Shown here: piece by piece, positions 26,001 to 40,094 of the stretch
Position numbering within the stretch: the first letter of the stretch is position 1
How the letters are laid out: the number at the start of each line of letters is the position of its first letter
NCBI GenBank assembly: GCA_002189035.1
Contig: NEEC01000008.1
Span: 2,790,001-2,854,000, forward strand
Length of the DNA stretch: 64,000 nt
From: Utricularia gibba
Taxonomy: Eukaryota > Plantae > Magnoliophyta
Direction: 5' to 3'
Position numbers and translations under genes: made by a program
Notes under the pieces: model-generated
Told to the model about the DNA's origin: nothing
The model's input: the letters and a program-made list of their open reading frames with translations, nothing else
Database searches by the model: none

Positions 26001-28002
26001 TCAGCACAATGATCATTAAAAAATTATTGAATTTCAGATAAGGGGCTCTTAGCAGATCAAGCATCTGGCTTAAATTTTGGCTCGCTTCACCAGATAAATC
26101 ACTAACATTGAGAAGAGGATGTCCACCACGAAGCCATGAGATATCAATGTCATTGAGATTTTCTGTTGATGTATTAAAAAAAAAACAGTGCATTCATATG
26201 TGCAGAGAAAAAAAATTCACCTAAGTTTTGAAAAATAATCGACAGCAGCGATTCACCTTGAGACATTGGCTCCAAAGAGCCATCAGGATCAGGGGTATAA
26301 AGTAGCACAACAGATTCTACAAACTTCAATGCGCATATCCTTATACCCTCATTTCCAACCTTGACATCTAGTTTGTTAGTAAGTCAACAATGAGCAAAAG
26401 TATGAACACACAAAATAGCACTTACTCCGAAGGCAATTGTGTATAGCTCATCCTTGAGTTTCAGAACAGCCTCCCATGAACGTTTCAGTGTCTCACTGAT
26501 CTCACTTGCGTACAGTCCCTGTTAAGAAATATGCAGTATTCTATCTCACCATCATACACCTAGAATATTTAAAACAGCGAGCATGTTTTACTATTTTGAT
26601 TGCTGATGCCACATCATTTACCATCAGAAAACAACGACCATCCTTATCACAGGCACCAACATACTTCCCCTTAGAGTACCTTTTACATGGATATTCTTAG
26701 TTATCACTCTTAAAAACGCACAAAAATTAGAACTAAAATTACTAATTGTGTAGTTACGAAAATAGCATTTTTCCTAATCATCCATTCCAGATGTTTATTT
26801 CCATGTATTTATCCATGTCAACATACGTTATCAGAAAAACCATTTCTTCTAAAACCATGTGAAGTTTTTTATTCTTCCTGCTACAATGTGATACAAATAT
26901 ATATCAAAAAATTCATAAGCAAAATCAGTAGACCATAACTATATGTGTAATGAAATCATAAACAGGATTATGGAATGAGGCAGGGAACAGGTAGAGACTT
27001 GAAATTTTGCTGTTTCTGTTGCAGTTTTTAAAAACAACTTAGACAACTCGTGCAGCATTTTTGTGAATAATTTATGCCGAAAAATACCAAAGACAACTAA
27101 TGCATTTGAATAAGGCGTTGCATAGCAAGCAACACAAAAAATAAACACATAGAACACGGAGCGTGCACCTTTGTGTGATTTAACAAATTAAATGACAACA
27201 AAAGGGTAATTTACACAAAGAATTTGCAACCTGGACCAACCTGGATTACTACTTTAATGAAACAGGTGCGAAATATAGCAGTAGCACAAAGAATAGCCTG
27301 CCTACACACAGCAGGTGTTTCATCCTTCAAAACATCGATCAGAACTGGAATGATTTCGGGCAACAACTCCAAGTGTTTCTGACCAATCTCACCAATCATC
27401 CTACATCGATGGGTTCATCATTAAGATAACATCTGAAAGAAGTCAATAAATTTTACTTTCACACTTCATGGCCAGTTTTCACAAATGAAACAAATTTGCA
27501 TATAACAGAAACAATTCTCACAAAGATCTCAGAGAAAAAGTCCGTCAGAGACAAATTTGCATCCCAATTGTGCAAAACTTGATCCAACTTTAGGAAATGT
27601 AAATGAGCACTGGAAAACTTTCCTCTGAGTTAAGCATTAACCTGATCATAAAATGCACGGGAACAAACACAGGGATACCCCAGTAACTAAAACAAAAAAA
27701 AAGAAAAAAAAACCCAAAAAAGAAGAAACCTCCAAGGCTCAAATAGAAGAGAATCCAGCTGCATTTACCCCGATAAACGCTTACCGAGTGATATATTTCC
27801 GGACAGGACTAGATGAGTCGGAGAGGAGGTTCAAAACTGGGGAGAGTAACTCCAACGCCAACTCAGACCCTGAGTTAATGAACTCGCGGCGAAATCGCCG
27901 CAACTGGTCCAGCTTCGCCGCGACATCACCGGCGGCCAGGTAGTTTATTGAGTTGATTTCGCTAAGCATCTTATCTCGCGAAATGGCCATCACGCCAGCC
28001 AT
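20070..28002 (-). CDS. ESP4: Symplekin (mRNA 3'-end processing scaffold), ESP4-type, many exons; one 1-nt deletion at 24934-24937
   Basis: N-terminal HEAT region ([47 protein letters not shown]) and [13 protein letters not shown]. Middle region has GHELTLR and [14 protein letters not shown]. The Symplekin_C region has [11 protein letters not shown] and [16 protein letters not shown]. The tail is Q/T/E/P-rich. Confidence 0.92.
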
Positions 28003-28440
28003 TTCTTTTCCTACCCCACAAGAACCAAGACGCCGGCGCACAAAAGATGCCAACTTCAGTTACACCGGCAGCGGCACGGTGGGAGAGAGACTGAGACCGG
28101 AGAGAGGACCGGGTCAGCAAATTGGGCTTCTGTGCTTTGAAATTTTTAGAAGCAGACCACTCCACATTGGGAGATGGCTCACGGTTTTAGTGGGCTTATT
28201 GACCCATTTCTTGTTGCTATAAATAAAATCAAAATATTTATTAATGTTATGAGTTTTTAATTTAATATAATTTAATTTAAATTTTTCCCAAATTTCAAAC
28301 ATTTATAGGCCCTAACGTACTTGCCTTAAGGTAGGGTATACAATACATTAACATCTCGTATTCAGACACAGCGTTGTCTCAACGCCAGAAAAGAAGCCAC
28401 TGTTGGCAGGGGAAGATAACCTGAGCTTACTTTTTCCACA

Positions 28441-29670
28441 TCATTCGTCTTCGTCGTCCTCCTCCTCTTCTTCATCCTGCACATAACCGGACATGGGACG
28501 ACAAAAAAAGCATGAGGATCGGAGGAGGAAAATTCCTCCCACATTTGTGCTCTTCAGTGTTCTCAAATAACAATAAGAAAATGTGGGAATTGCTATGTTC
28601 ATGTACATTCTTCCGGCGGAAAGTAGACCTCCTATTTAAAGAGAGCATTAAGAAAGACTGGTCTCAGAATGCTACAAAGGGATGAAGATAATCGAACAAT
28701 ATACCTCTCCACCCTCATCATCATGATGAACTTCAGAGGCAGATTTCTCAGATTCTTCATCGGCATCATCTGCTGAGGTGTCCTGTCAAATAGATAATGT
28801 AAGAGTGGTTTCAGATGCAGCCAGAGTAAGCAAAGGTGACGGAAGCCAACCTGCTTCTTGTTGTAGGCAGTCATGAGTTTCTCATACTCTGCCTTCTTCT
28901 TTTTAGCTTTAGCTTCATATGGACCTTTTTCCTGCAATTCAAAAGTCGGCTGTTAAGAAATGAGTTAAGCATGCAGAGAAAACAAGTTCCATGAAAATCA
29001 CGCTGGTATGGCTGCTGAAAAAACACTTCATTTACACTAAAATGAGCGACTTACAGCCTCAGTTAAGGACTTCCACTTTTCTCCACCAGCTTTTCCAACC
29101 TACACGCACAAACAAAATTACCACCCGATTGAACTGAGACACGGAAAAAAAGTAGAGACAAAGTCTCCTACAGCAGACACAGCTTTGACGTTGGGGTTTT
29201 CCTTCTTGAAAGTCGTACGGAATTCTTCACTGTAAAACACAAGATAAGTAGTCTAGGAAAAACAATAAACAGTATCAACAGATCCTGATATGAATTTTTA
29301 TCATACAGAAACACAAAAAAGGCACTGGGTGGTCGTTTTGGCTTATTAGGGTCCTTCTTGACCCTTTTCGCCTTTCCCTTATCGGCCTTTGCAGCAGCCT
29401 TCCTTTTACCAACCTTCCTGCAAGAAGATATAAATGTGTTTTCATGTTCCCCAGATCACTACAGCGCGGCCTGTGGTTGAATTGAAAGAAAATGCAACTC
29501 ATTAATCATCTCTGATATTGAAGCAACCTAGATGAATAGATTATCCTCTCTAAAAATGCAAACAAAAAAATGCAAGCAAAGCATTCTTTTGCCAACCTAT
29601 CATCAGATGGTTTCAACACGTCTTTTGTTTCCTTCTTCTTGATACCCTTACTCCTTCCGGTGGTCTTCAT
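28441..29670 (-). CDS. HMGB: High mobility group B protein (single HMG box, basic N-terminus, acidic tail)
   Basis: KKDPNKPKRPPSAFFVF, ENPNVKAVS, GKAGGEKWKSLT, EKGPYEAKA and a final exon DEEEEEDDEDE-stop at 28441. Confidence 0.94.
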
Positions 29671-30427
29671 ATCTAACAGACATCAAGCCAAATTAATCAT
29701 AAAAGTAGCCTATGAACCCATAAATAAGGATCACTCAACAACTAAACCAAGGAAATACAAATCCGTAGCAAATTTTAAAAATTAATCAGCAGAGTGCTAC
29801 AGATCATACGATTCCACTAAAACGCATCTGATACAAAATATCTAATCCTCAATACGGATTCACAAACCAAAAGTAACAAGTTGCCCAATTGCATGTCCCC
29901 TAAAAACCATGAAAACTCGATCGACATTAAACACCTGCCCCTAAAATTGGAAAGCGAATCACAAACAGCAAATAGAAAACATAAAAAGAAATCGCAAGTA
30001 ACCCAACAAATAAAAACCAAAAAAAACACCGAATTTAAAAAAAAAAAAACAAGCAGACGCAGGGTGAGAATACCCTCCAAGATAACAAGTGATCCGTGGT
30101 AGGTCACCAGAAGCCGAGCAGAAAACAATCAGCTCCTCCACAACCCTGCTAGAAGACTATACGCTACGCGAGTTACCGCCGGTAAGAATCACCGTGGACG
30201 AATTCTGCTTTCTTGACGATGGGACCCCGACAGTCCGGACGGTATGACAAATGGAACCGAGATTCTCCGCCTATCCCGTGTTCCAGTTATTCCGTGCATG
30301 CAATGACATGGGAGTTATCCTGCGGCGCAGCTGCTCCATCTACACGTGGATTCTTTTTAAAGGATGAGGCTCGTAAGTTAATAATTGGGCTGAGCCGTCA
30401 GCAAGAGAAGCCCATTTAGTTATATAG

Positions 30428-30620
30428 CCCAAATTACGGGCCAATCCTACGTGTCGCCACGAGGCATCGCCTGAATTCAGAGAGCCAGACGCCTAGATTC
30501 TAATCGATCAGATAAGGAAGAGATAAGCTTGAAGCCGAGACAGCCGTCGGATCGCTCTACGTAGACGATCCAACGGCCACCATTCCCACAAGATCAAAAA
30601 TCTCGATCTCCAATCACCAC
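30428..30620. promoter_or_regulatory. Shared divergent promoter of HMGB and Lhcb4 with light-responsive elements
   Basis: Two I-box GATAAG at 30511 and 30522, ACGT cores (cctACGTgtc at 30449, tctACGTaga), CCAAT and site II-like GCCCA motifs. These are motif matches only. Confidence 0.55.
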
Positions 30621-30696
30621 GAACCCGTCATCAAAATCCCCAAACCACACAAAAAAGAAACACCTCACATTTCTCCGATCCATCGATCCCAAAACC

Positions 30697-32160
30697 ATGG
30701 CCACCGCCGCCGCCGCCGCCTCTTCATTCCTCGGCACTCGCCTCCCGGAGATCAACTCTGGCTCCGGCCGGGTCATGGCACGGTTCGGATTCGGTAAGAA
30801 GGCTCCGAAGAAAGCAGCGAAGAAGGTGGTTTCAGACCGCCCGCTATGGTACCCCGGAGCCACAGCGCCAGAGTATCTCGACGGAACCCTCATCGGAGAC
30901 TACGGCTTCGATCCGTTCGGTCTCGCAAAGCCCGCGGAGTACCTGCAATTCGATGTGGACTCGCTGGACCAGAATCTGGCTAAAAACATTGCCGGAGATA
31001 TCATCGGAACCAGAACCGAAACCGCCGATGTGAAATCCACACCCCTGCAGCCGTACAGCGAGATTTTCGGGCTCCAGAGGTTCAGAGAATGTGAGCTGAT
31101 TCATGGAAGATGGGCAATGCTCGCTACCCTCGGCGCCCTCACCGTCGAGTGGCTCACGGGCGTCACATGGCAAGATGCGGGCAAGGTAATAATATTATCC
31201 GCATTTTTTTATTTACTCATAAATGCTTATAAAATTATTCTGTGAATTCGTATGCCTTACCTTAGCCTTCATGTGATTTTTCATCAATATTCCATAATTT
31301 TTTTAGAATAATTACTATTTTATCGAATTGAAAATAATTTTATAATTTCAAAAATACTTTTAAATTTAAATTTTTAAAAAAATGTATTTCTTTTTTAATT
31401 ATTTCAAAATAATTCATTATATCATTTAGAAATTAGGTAGCCATAGGTGATCGATTTTATAGATTTCTAATTTATTTCAAGACGTAGTTGTTATTTGCGT
31501 AGTCAGAAATTCTCATTTAAAAAAGTAGAATTAAAGAGTGTTCTAAAAAATTTTAAAAACTATTTTTACTTTTCAGAAGTAAAAATAGTTTTATTCTAAA
31601 CAATTTTAATTGTAAAAGTAATTCTATCAAAAATACTTTTAAAATTATAACTGCAAAAGTTATTTTTGAAAAATTAAGAAATTGTTTAATTTTACTTTTT
31701 ATTTCTACTTTTTAAAAATAATTTTGAAAAGTAAAAATATGTTTCAAAAAATTTTCAGAAATTTAGAATCTTTGGAGATGATGGTGTGGTGTTGTCAGGT
31801 TGAGCTGGTGGAGGGAGCTTCATACCTCGGGCAGTCGCTCCCCTTCTCAATATCAACGTTGGTTGCCATCGAGGTTGTGATCATCGGGTACATCGAGTTC
31901 CAGCGGAATGCGGAGCTGGACCCGGAGAAGCGCATCTACCCGGGCGGGTCTTCTTCGACCCGCTGGGTCTAGCGTCGGACCCCGTGAAAAAGGAGGCCCT
32001 TCAGCTGGCGGAGATCAAGCACGCCCGTCTCGCCATGGTGGGGTTCTTGGGGTTCGCGGTCCAGGCCGCGGCCACCGGAAAAGGCCCGCTCAACAACTGG
32101 GCGACCCATCTCAGCGACCCGCTTCACACCACCATTTTCGACACCTTCGGCCTGTTTTAA
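30697..32160 (+). CDS. LHCB4: Chlorophyll a/b-binding protein CP29 (Lhcb4), 2 exons (30697-31185, 31799-32160); 1-nt deletion at about 31950
   Basis: [17 protein letters not shown], the CP29-specific insertion [38 protein letters not shown], and YIEFQRN. After restoring one base: [38 protein letters not shown]. Confidence 0.95.
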
Positions 32161-32484
32161 AAAGATGTCGACTGTGAAGCACATTGTGCCTGAAATTTGA
32201 CCCACCCATTCGGCCTCCCACGGTTGTAGAAATCCATCCCATAATACATTCGCATTCTCCATGATGTTAACTCTTTTATCGATTATTTTAAATGATAAAA
32301 AAAATCGCTAATCGCCATTCTCAGATCAATTTGATTCCATGAAAGTAACTGTTATCAGATATGTTCCGTAATTTCAAATTTTAATTTAGATTATATATAA
32401 TAGAATCAATTTCAAGATTATTTAAATAAAATCAGTTTGATATTATAAAACGATTTTGTAATATAGTATAAAATATATTATAAA

Positions 32485-32488
<4 letters not shown>

Positions 32489-32530
<42 letters not shown>
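32489..32530. repeat. (AT)n microsatellite, about 21 units
   Basis: Direct reading of the sequence. Confidence 0.95.
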
Positions 32531-32533
<3 letters not shown>

Positions 32534-35500
32534 ATAATATTATTGCATAAATTTATTTTTATAATAGATATAAATTGAATAATATAATTTTTCTAAAAAC
32601 TCTATTCTTTAATCTCTGAAATAGAGATTTAATAAATTTAATAATTTTTTAAGTTAATAATAAATTTTAAATTTCTGATTATACTACATAACGACTAAGG
32701 ATTAAAATCTTAAAAATTAAACAAAATCAATTCAGAAAATTAATAACATAGAACACGCCCATCATCAACTGATTTTTATTTTTATCATTGACTATTTTTT
32801 TAGTTTTTTATAATAAAAAAGTAAAAACACTTTTATAATAAATAAAATATTTAGATAATATTTATTTTACAAAAGTACTTGAAACATTCAACAAATCAAA
32901 CTATTTATTTATATCAATTTTAATCGTAAAATATATATATCTTTCAATTAGTTCAATATGAATAATTAACTTATTTGATATTTTTTCGATTTCCAATAAC
33001 CCAAAATATAACATACCAAATGAACTTTACAACCCTTTCAATTTTGTATAACAACATTCTTTGTGTCACAATAACAATCCTTTTAATGGGAAAGAAATGT
33101 TTCAAAAATGGCAATCTCACCTAAGTCTCATTAAATAATATATGAAAATGACTGTAGCACAATACTTTATTGCAATTAATGTCGATTAAGAAATTGTTAT
33201 AAAAAAACAAGCATAACTGCTTTTGGGGATTAAGAATCTTTAAAGTGCAACCGTCACCACCAGCTTTATAAATTTGCACATGCCACCCTCCCTCTAAGAT
33301 TTGACTGGTCGCTTTTGCCTCTGGATTCTTTCTATTTGTAGTTCGACCCCCCATGATGTTCATAATTCCGATATTTCTCCCGTCAATTCGGATGTTCACA
33401 CTCAAACTAAGTGGTTATGGGATCCACTCTAATCCCACCTAACCATGTCACTATCCCACCACATCAAATGCACACAAATATTTTGGTTTTAATTTATTTG
33501 GTATTAAATATGGATGGAGTGAATTTGAATAAAAATGAAATATTTGAGAAAAATTGAATTAATTATATTTATATAGAGTATTATTAAATTACTCATAGTT
33601 GCATAAATTTCTATAAGAAATTAAAGTTTGAAATGTAGAATATTACCAAAAGCTTACAATTCAACATTTAAAAAATATTTTTTTTTCATTATACTTTCAC
33701 AATTGAAGGAATCTTTTATGAAAAAAATCAATTTATTGCACAAATTAGAAAAATGCTAAGGAATAATCATTACACAAATTAATCTTTAATATCCGACCAA
33801 ATCAACGTCAATTGCAGTGTTTTAAAAATATGGGTTCCACCCATGGTTAGAACCGGTTAGATCCGAACTATGTTAATAGGTTGGATCTAATTCTATTTTT
33901 TTTATTAATAAAGATGGTTAAGAACAAATATAAATTATGTTATAAATATTTGATCTATATATATTAAATAAATCTAAATAATTATATTTTTATATATGTA
34001 TTTGTATTGATATTATAAAAAAATCATTTGCATTTGGATTACACATTATTTAAATAAGATATGAGACAATGAATATAATTTTGATAAAGTTTTTTAATGT
34101 AATTATATCAAGTGTTAGGTACATACTTTTAATATTTTGATGGATATTTAACCCAAAATCATAACTGAACCGTTGAATGGGTTTAAAGAAAAACACTCAT
34201 AACTCGTAACTACATTAAAAACAGACTAATTGGAGAAGCGAATAATCATTAGAAATAAAGAGGCGGCGGCGCGGCTCATTAACCAACTGGAGGGGCTTGG
34301 CGCGGCGGCGAATTAATGGCGTCGACCGAACCCATTCGCGGAAAGTTAAGCCGTTCAAGTAGTTGAGGACAGGGTGAGGATGTGTGTATCCATCCTCCAA
34401 TTTGGGTGTTGTTTATTCATTTACTACATGTGTTCCCATTTCAATCAATTCAATTCCTGTAAGAAGAAGCCCAGATGGGGATGTCGGAACCACCCTCCCT
34501 CCCCCCGCCCGCTCATTCAATCTTAACTTATCGCACCTCCCATTCATTACCATCGCCGCCGTGTCGGTGCTCGAGCCTCTGTCTCATCGTCATCGCCACA
34601 AATGCTCCGCCCCACTCATTCATTTCAATCCATCTTATGCCATCAAATTCACGTTTAATTAATCCTTAATGAATTCAATTATACACCAAAACATATCTAA
34701 CTAGTAAAAACACATTTGGTAAGTAGATTTTATGATTAAAGTAATAACGTAAATTATAATTTAAAAATCATATAATATTACTAATTATAGATGAATATGT
34801 TATTTACTTGCTAAAATTAATTCTTCTTTTTTATATTTCAAACATAAATCGATTTTATAATGACTATTTTAAAAAACTGATTTTAAATATATACAAGTTC
34901 TCATTCTATTAAAATTTTAAATTTTACTAAAATCAAATTTGGAATGATTTTTCCAAACCTAGCTTTCATAGCTAAACACTACTACTCAGTATTCACCTTT
35001 TTTTGATAATTTATTTAAATTCAAATAATTGAAATCATATTCATTTTTTTTACCGAGCTAACACAAGTGGATCTATGGAAGAGGGGAGGTTGGTATTAAA
35101 ACTGTGGACGAAGACCATAGGAATAACCTCCATAAAATTTCAACATAATTGCAAACCCTAATTAATTGCTGCACTATTTAGTACCTTTAGGGTTAGGCAC
35201 ATTGACTCCATGGCCACTTTGATTCATGTCATTCACAACAAAACATACAAACGAATCTTCCCAGTGTTCTTGCCTACACCCCATCATCTATCTTAGTTTT
35301 TGGGGGTGAAAGTGTTAATATGACATAAATTGTGGACGTGATTGTGGATTAACCGAAGTTTAGGGGTCATTTAACACTAACTTTCTGATACAAGTAAATA
35401 TGTTATTTTATGGGTTGTGAAGTTGATAATAATTGTATTGCAATGATGCATGTGGTTGGGCATTAAAGCACCATATGACCCCCGCTGCAAAATTAGATTT

Positions 35501-36695
35501 GCATTTCGGCCTCTGTTTTCCAGGAAATATTGATTCTGAAAATGAAACGTGTTTTTCATATTTCAACTACTTTTTGTGGCTTGTTATTATTACTTTTTAA
35601 AAAAACAAATTAATTGTACAAATCCCAACATCTTCCATGTGCAAAAATTTAGGAATTATTCTAGAATTTTTCTAGTGTTCCATCGCTTATACCCTGTTTT
35701 TTTATCAGTGGAGTTTAGTATAAATACCCTAAATTTATGTGATTTTCTGTAAAAAAAAAAATGGTTTTTGTTATTTAATTCTGTGAATCAAATGCAGTAT
35801 ATTCTATGCCCCTTTAATTTCACCTGACAAACGCCCTCTTATAATAATAATATATTATTATTAATATTATTTTTTCACATTCATTTTACCATTTGTCATG
35901 GTAATGCAGTGTTATTTTATTAAAAATAAGTAATGATTCTTTTTCAGAATTTTTATTTAATCTTATATAAACATTATTGAATCAAACTCAAAATATAATA
36001 ATTTTGAATTAAAAACGATTTAATAATGCAAATAAATGTCACAGAATAATCATTGCTTATTTTTTCCTGACGCCTACTCCTTGGAGGAGTGACTACCGAT
36101 TACATAAATAATCATTTTCATGGTTTATTTTGTCCCCCTCGCCACAATGCGTATATCCAGATGTTTTATAACACGCTAATGACATCAACACCAACATAAA
36201 CGGTCGAGACTGCATCGCCCATTTTTCCCATGTTCACTCAACCCGAATTCGGGTCGATTCCGGTTTCGATTCGGAGTCGGGTTTAAGGTTGGGTTTGAGA
36301 TGGGAATGGGTGTATGATTGTAAGGTGTAGTTCCGGTGGCTGGTCCCTGCCAAAATTTTGGGTGATTCGGGTGCTTAGAGGTAGGAACACGAGTATCTTA
36401 CTAGTCGCCCAATAATGTCACAAGAAGCATCTTGTAGATCAGAATACGATCCATCCAAGACGATAGTGTCTGCCTATGCTGACCCCCCGCCTTCATTCAA
36501 TGACGTATTTTTAATTCAAAAATATGAAATTTACTCCTATCCCTAAACTCTATCCACTACTCGCTCCTGCGGTTTATGTAACTATAATTTTAGGGTTGGA
36601 ACCCTGTATTTGATAGGAGGGTTAAAAGGGTTAATTTGAAGAATTACGATTCCCATTTTACGCATGTGAAAAATAATCATCTTTAATTATATCAT

Positions 36696-36726
<31 letters not shown>

Positions 36727-36736
36727 TGTGTGTGTG
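36696..36736. repeat. Compound (TA)n(TG)n microsatellite
   Basis: Direct reading of the sequence. Confidence 0.9.
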
Positions 36737-37840
36737 AGATATAATATGTAAGATGTTTATTTTTCAAAATAAACCAAGGTTATATATGGTTTTATGGTCA
36801 TGTTTTTATCAAAAGACGGAATTTTATACAATTCGATACAGCATTCCAAATAATTTTTCACATTGAAATTTAACGTAATTATAACTACATACCAAACAAT
36901 TTTTACATTTACGTGTTCGTTTGATTGTGAATTGGAGGAGATACATATACGCGGAGGCGCACGTGGTCGTGTCGTAAGGTCGAGTTATGATGGCATTTTT
37001 CATCTCTATTATGCTGTCCCTCCCCTCCATCGAAATCAAGGAATTTACCGTATGAAAAGACGCCGGGGAATCCCCTCGCCATCTCACTGTCAACAAAACT
37101 CAGAGGATATTTTGCAGCCGCCCTGGGACCCACACCCCCCTCTCTCTATTTGTCTCTTTTTATTTATTTATTTTATTATTTTTTTACTGCCTCTGTGGGC
37201 GCCTGTAGACGACTGTAATCTCGGACCCGTATTAACTTCCTCCTTTACGACGTCGTACCTTAAGGTTAGTCAATTTGTCGGAATACATTTATCAATACCT
37301 GGAATTACTATCATGGTTGTTGCTGCTCCATTAAAATATTAATTTCTTTTTCATGCCTTTTTTTTAGTGTGAGAGAGTTAATCAGGATTTATGGTATTTA
37401 ATTGTGATTAGTACGATTAAAAATTTGATTGGTAGGTCCGGCTAAGGGGGGAGCATAATGGGGGAGGGCTAGGGGCGGCATTCAGAGAACTAAAGGGTAG
37501 GCAGGCTGCTACCTCGAGGGCTAAAAGGTAAATAATACGAAGCGATCTTATTATTACTGTAATAAACACGTAGTTATCCCCCTAATCACAATTAAGCGGT
37601 CTGCAGTTGCAATAAAGCGTATTAAATATTTTATTTAATAATATCTGGCGCCAGTAATCCAACTCCGGCCTTCTCTCTCTGCCTCAACCACCACCAACTT
37701 ATTCACCCCGTCGGCGTTTTCGTTTTCTTTTTAAGTCTCCTTCTCTCCGGTTTCATGAGCAATTCCCAGCTCACACTCCCGGAGCCAGCTTCGCAAGACT
37801 TCCTTTCTCTCTCTCCCTCTCTCTAGATTCTGATTGAGGA

Positions 37841-39616
37841 ATGGGGGCGGATCGGCGGCGTTTCGAGCCGATTGCGAAATGCAGGGTCGACGGTAGGGGG
37901 AACCAGACGGTGGCGGCGGATTTGGATGGAACGCTGTTGAGATCGAGCAGTGCGTTCCCGTACTACATGCTCGTCGCGCTGGAGGCAGGAAGCGTGATTC
38001 GCGCGTTGATTCTGTTGGCGTCCGTGCCGTTTGTGTATCTCGTGTATTTGTTCCTCTCGGAGACTGTCGCGATTCAGACTCTGATTTTCGTCGCCTTCGC
38101 CGGACTGAAGGTTCGCGATATCGAGCTCGTAGCGCGATCAGTGTTGCCCAAGTTTTACGCGGAGGACGTGCACCCGGAGTCGTGGCGGGTGTTCAACTCG
38201 TTCGGGAAACGCTACATTGTGACCGCGAGCCCCAGAATCATGGTCGAGCACTTCGCGAGGAACTTCCTCGGCGCGGATAAAGTGCTCGGGACCGAATTGC
38301 AGACCACGAAATCCGGCCGCGCCACCGGATTCGTGAAATCTCCGGGAGTCCTCGTCGGCGAGTCCAAGAAATCGGCAGTTATTGCCGAATTAGGGCCCAA
38401 TTTGCCAGATTTGGGGATTGGGGATCGGGAGTCCGATCACGACTTCATGTCCCTCTGCAAGGTAAGCCTGGGATTCTGTAACGGTTTTGGGTTCAGTTCA
38501 GTTTTCCGTACCGCGCACAAAAAAACAATTTTACCGTGAGGCATATTAGTAAGAGTTGGTAGAGATTTTTAATATTCTTGGTCAAGGTATTTACTGTTCA
38601 TTGCAGGGGAAGTTCAGATTCCCATGCAGGTATCGTGGAGAAGTAGTTGAATGCCTCTGTCGATACCTGCGTTTTCCCTCTAAATGCCTACTGCTTTCTG
38701 ATGATCCTGAATTTTGGCCATTTTGCAGGAGGGGTTCATGGTCCCGAGAACCAAGGTTGAACCGCTAGCCCGAAACAAGCTGCTTTCTCCGGTGATCTTT
38801 CACGAGGGCCGCCTTGTGCAGCGCCCAACTCCGCTCGTGGCTCTCGTCACATTCCTCTGGATGCCCATAGGAATCTTCCTCTCCATCCTCAGGGTGTACC
38901 TCAACATCCCCTTGCCGGAAAAAATCGTGCGTTACAATTACATGATCCTGGGAATCAAACTGATAGTTAAAGGGAACCCGCCGCCGCCGCCGCGGCCGGG
39001 GCAGGGGGGCGTCCTCTTCGTATGCAACCACCGCACCGTCCTCGACCCAGTCGTCACCGCGGTGGCTCTGGGGCGGAAGATCAGCTGCGTCACTTACAGC
39101 ATCAGCAAATTCTCGGAAATGATTTCGCCGATCAAAGCCGTTGCACTGTCCCGGGAACGAGAACGAGACGCGGCGAACATCAAGCGTTTACTCGAGGAAG
39201 GTGACCTGGTGATCTGCCCCGAAGGAACAACCTGCAGAGAACCGTTTCTCCTCCGGTTCAGCGCCCTGTTCGCGGAACTGAGTGACCGGATCGTCCCGGT
39301 GGCGATAAGCACGAAGCAAACAGTTTTCTACGGAACCACAACTCGGGGTTACAAGGTCCTAGACCCATACTTCGTGTTCATGAATCCTCGTCCGACGTAC
39401 GAAATCACGTTCCTGAATCAGCTCCCCCCGGAATTAACCGTGGCCGGCGGTAAATCAGCGATCGAGGTGGCGAATTACATCCAGCGAGTGCTCGCCGGAA
39501 CTCTGGGCTTCGAGTGCACCAATTTGACAAGGAAAGACAAGTACGCGTTGATGGCCGGGACAGACGGCTTGGTCAAATCCAACTCCGATAAGGAAATCCT
39601 TGACAAGAAGCAGTAA
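37841..39616 (+). CDS. GPAT6: sn-2 glycerol-3-phosphate acyltransferase/phosphatase for cutin synthesis, GPAT6-like; 2 exons (37841-38461, 38729-39616), 502 aa
   Basis: HAD motif [16 protein letters not shown], acyltransferase CNHRTVLD and [16 protein letters not shown]. The two-exon structure fits GPAT6 rather than GPAT4/8. Confidence 0.93.
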
Positions 39617-40094
39617 AAAATAATTAAAAAAAAATGAAGTTGTCCGTCTACTAGTAGCCAAAGAAAATGGGACGAAGACTTGTTATCCTCCTTTGGTTGC
39701 AACAGCAATCCCCCACCCCAATATGATGTATATTGCTTGCTCTGGGCTAATTTCCCGATTCATAATATACCAATAATACATGATGTGTATCATCCCAATT
39801 CATTCCCATTTGTCTCTGGTAAATGAAATGGCAGGGAATAATAATAATAATACTAATACTAATACTACTAGTACAGTGGGGAGGAATTGAATGCCAGAAG
39901 AGCAGCGCCGCTAGAGAGCAGCCGGGGTTATTGATGAATCCCACATGGCCAGCTGCAAGGGCAACCACCCACCTACACACACAACTTGGTGATCCTCTCT
40001 AATTAACTGCTGCCGCTGCTCCCACGCCACGCTCCCAACAACATTTTTATTCTTTAAATGTACCCAGCAAACAAACCCGGCGGCCGGGTGATTG

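Noticed and set aside
20070-28002. Possible chimera of the two plant symplekin paralogs
   Set aside because: On closer reading, both the N-terminal and C-terminal motifs fit the same ESP4-type sequence as I recall it.
34268-34310. GGCGCGGCTCA and TTGGCGCGGC resembling miR171 or its star strand
   Set aside because: Only 10-11-nt matches, and both are in the same orientation, so they cannot form a hairpin.
35268-35290. TCTTGCCTACACC, matching the first 13 nt of a miR482-type sequence
   Set aside because: The match stops at 13 nt and no complementary star arm lies nearby.
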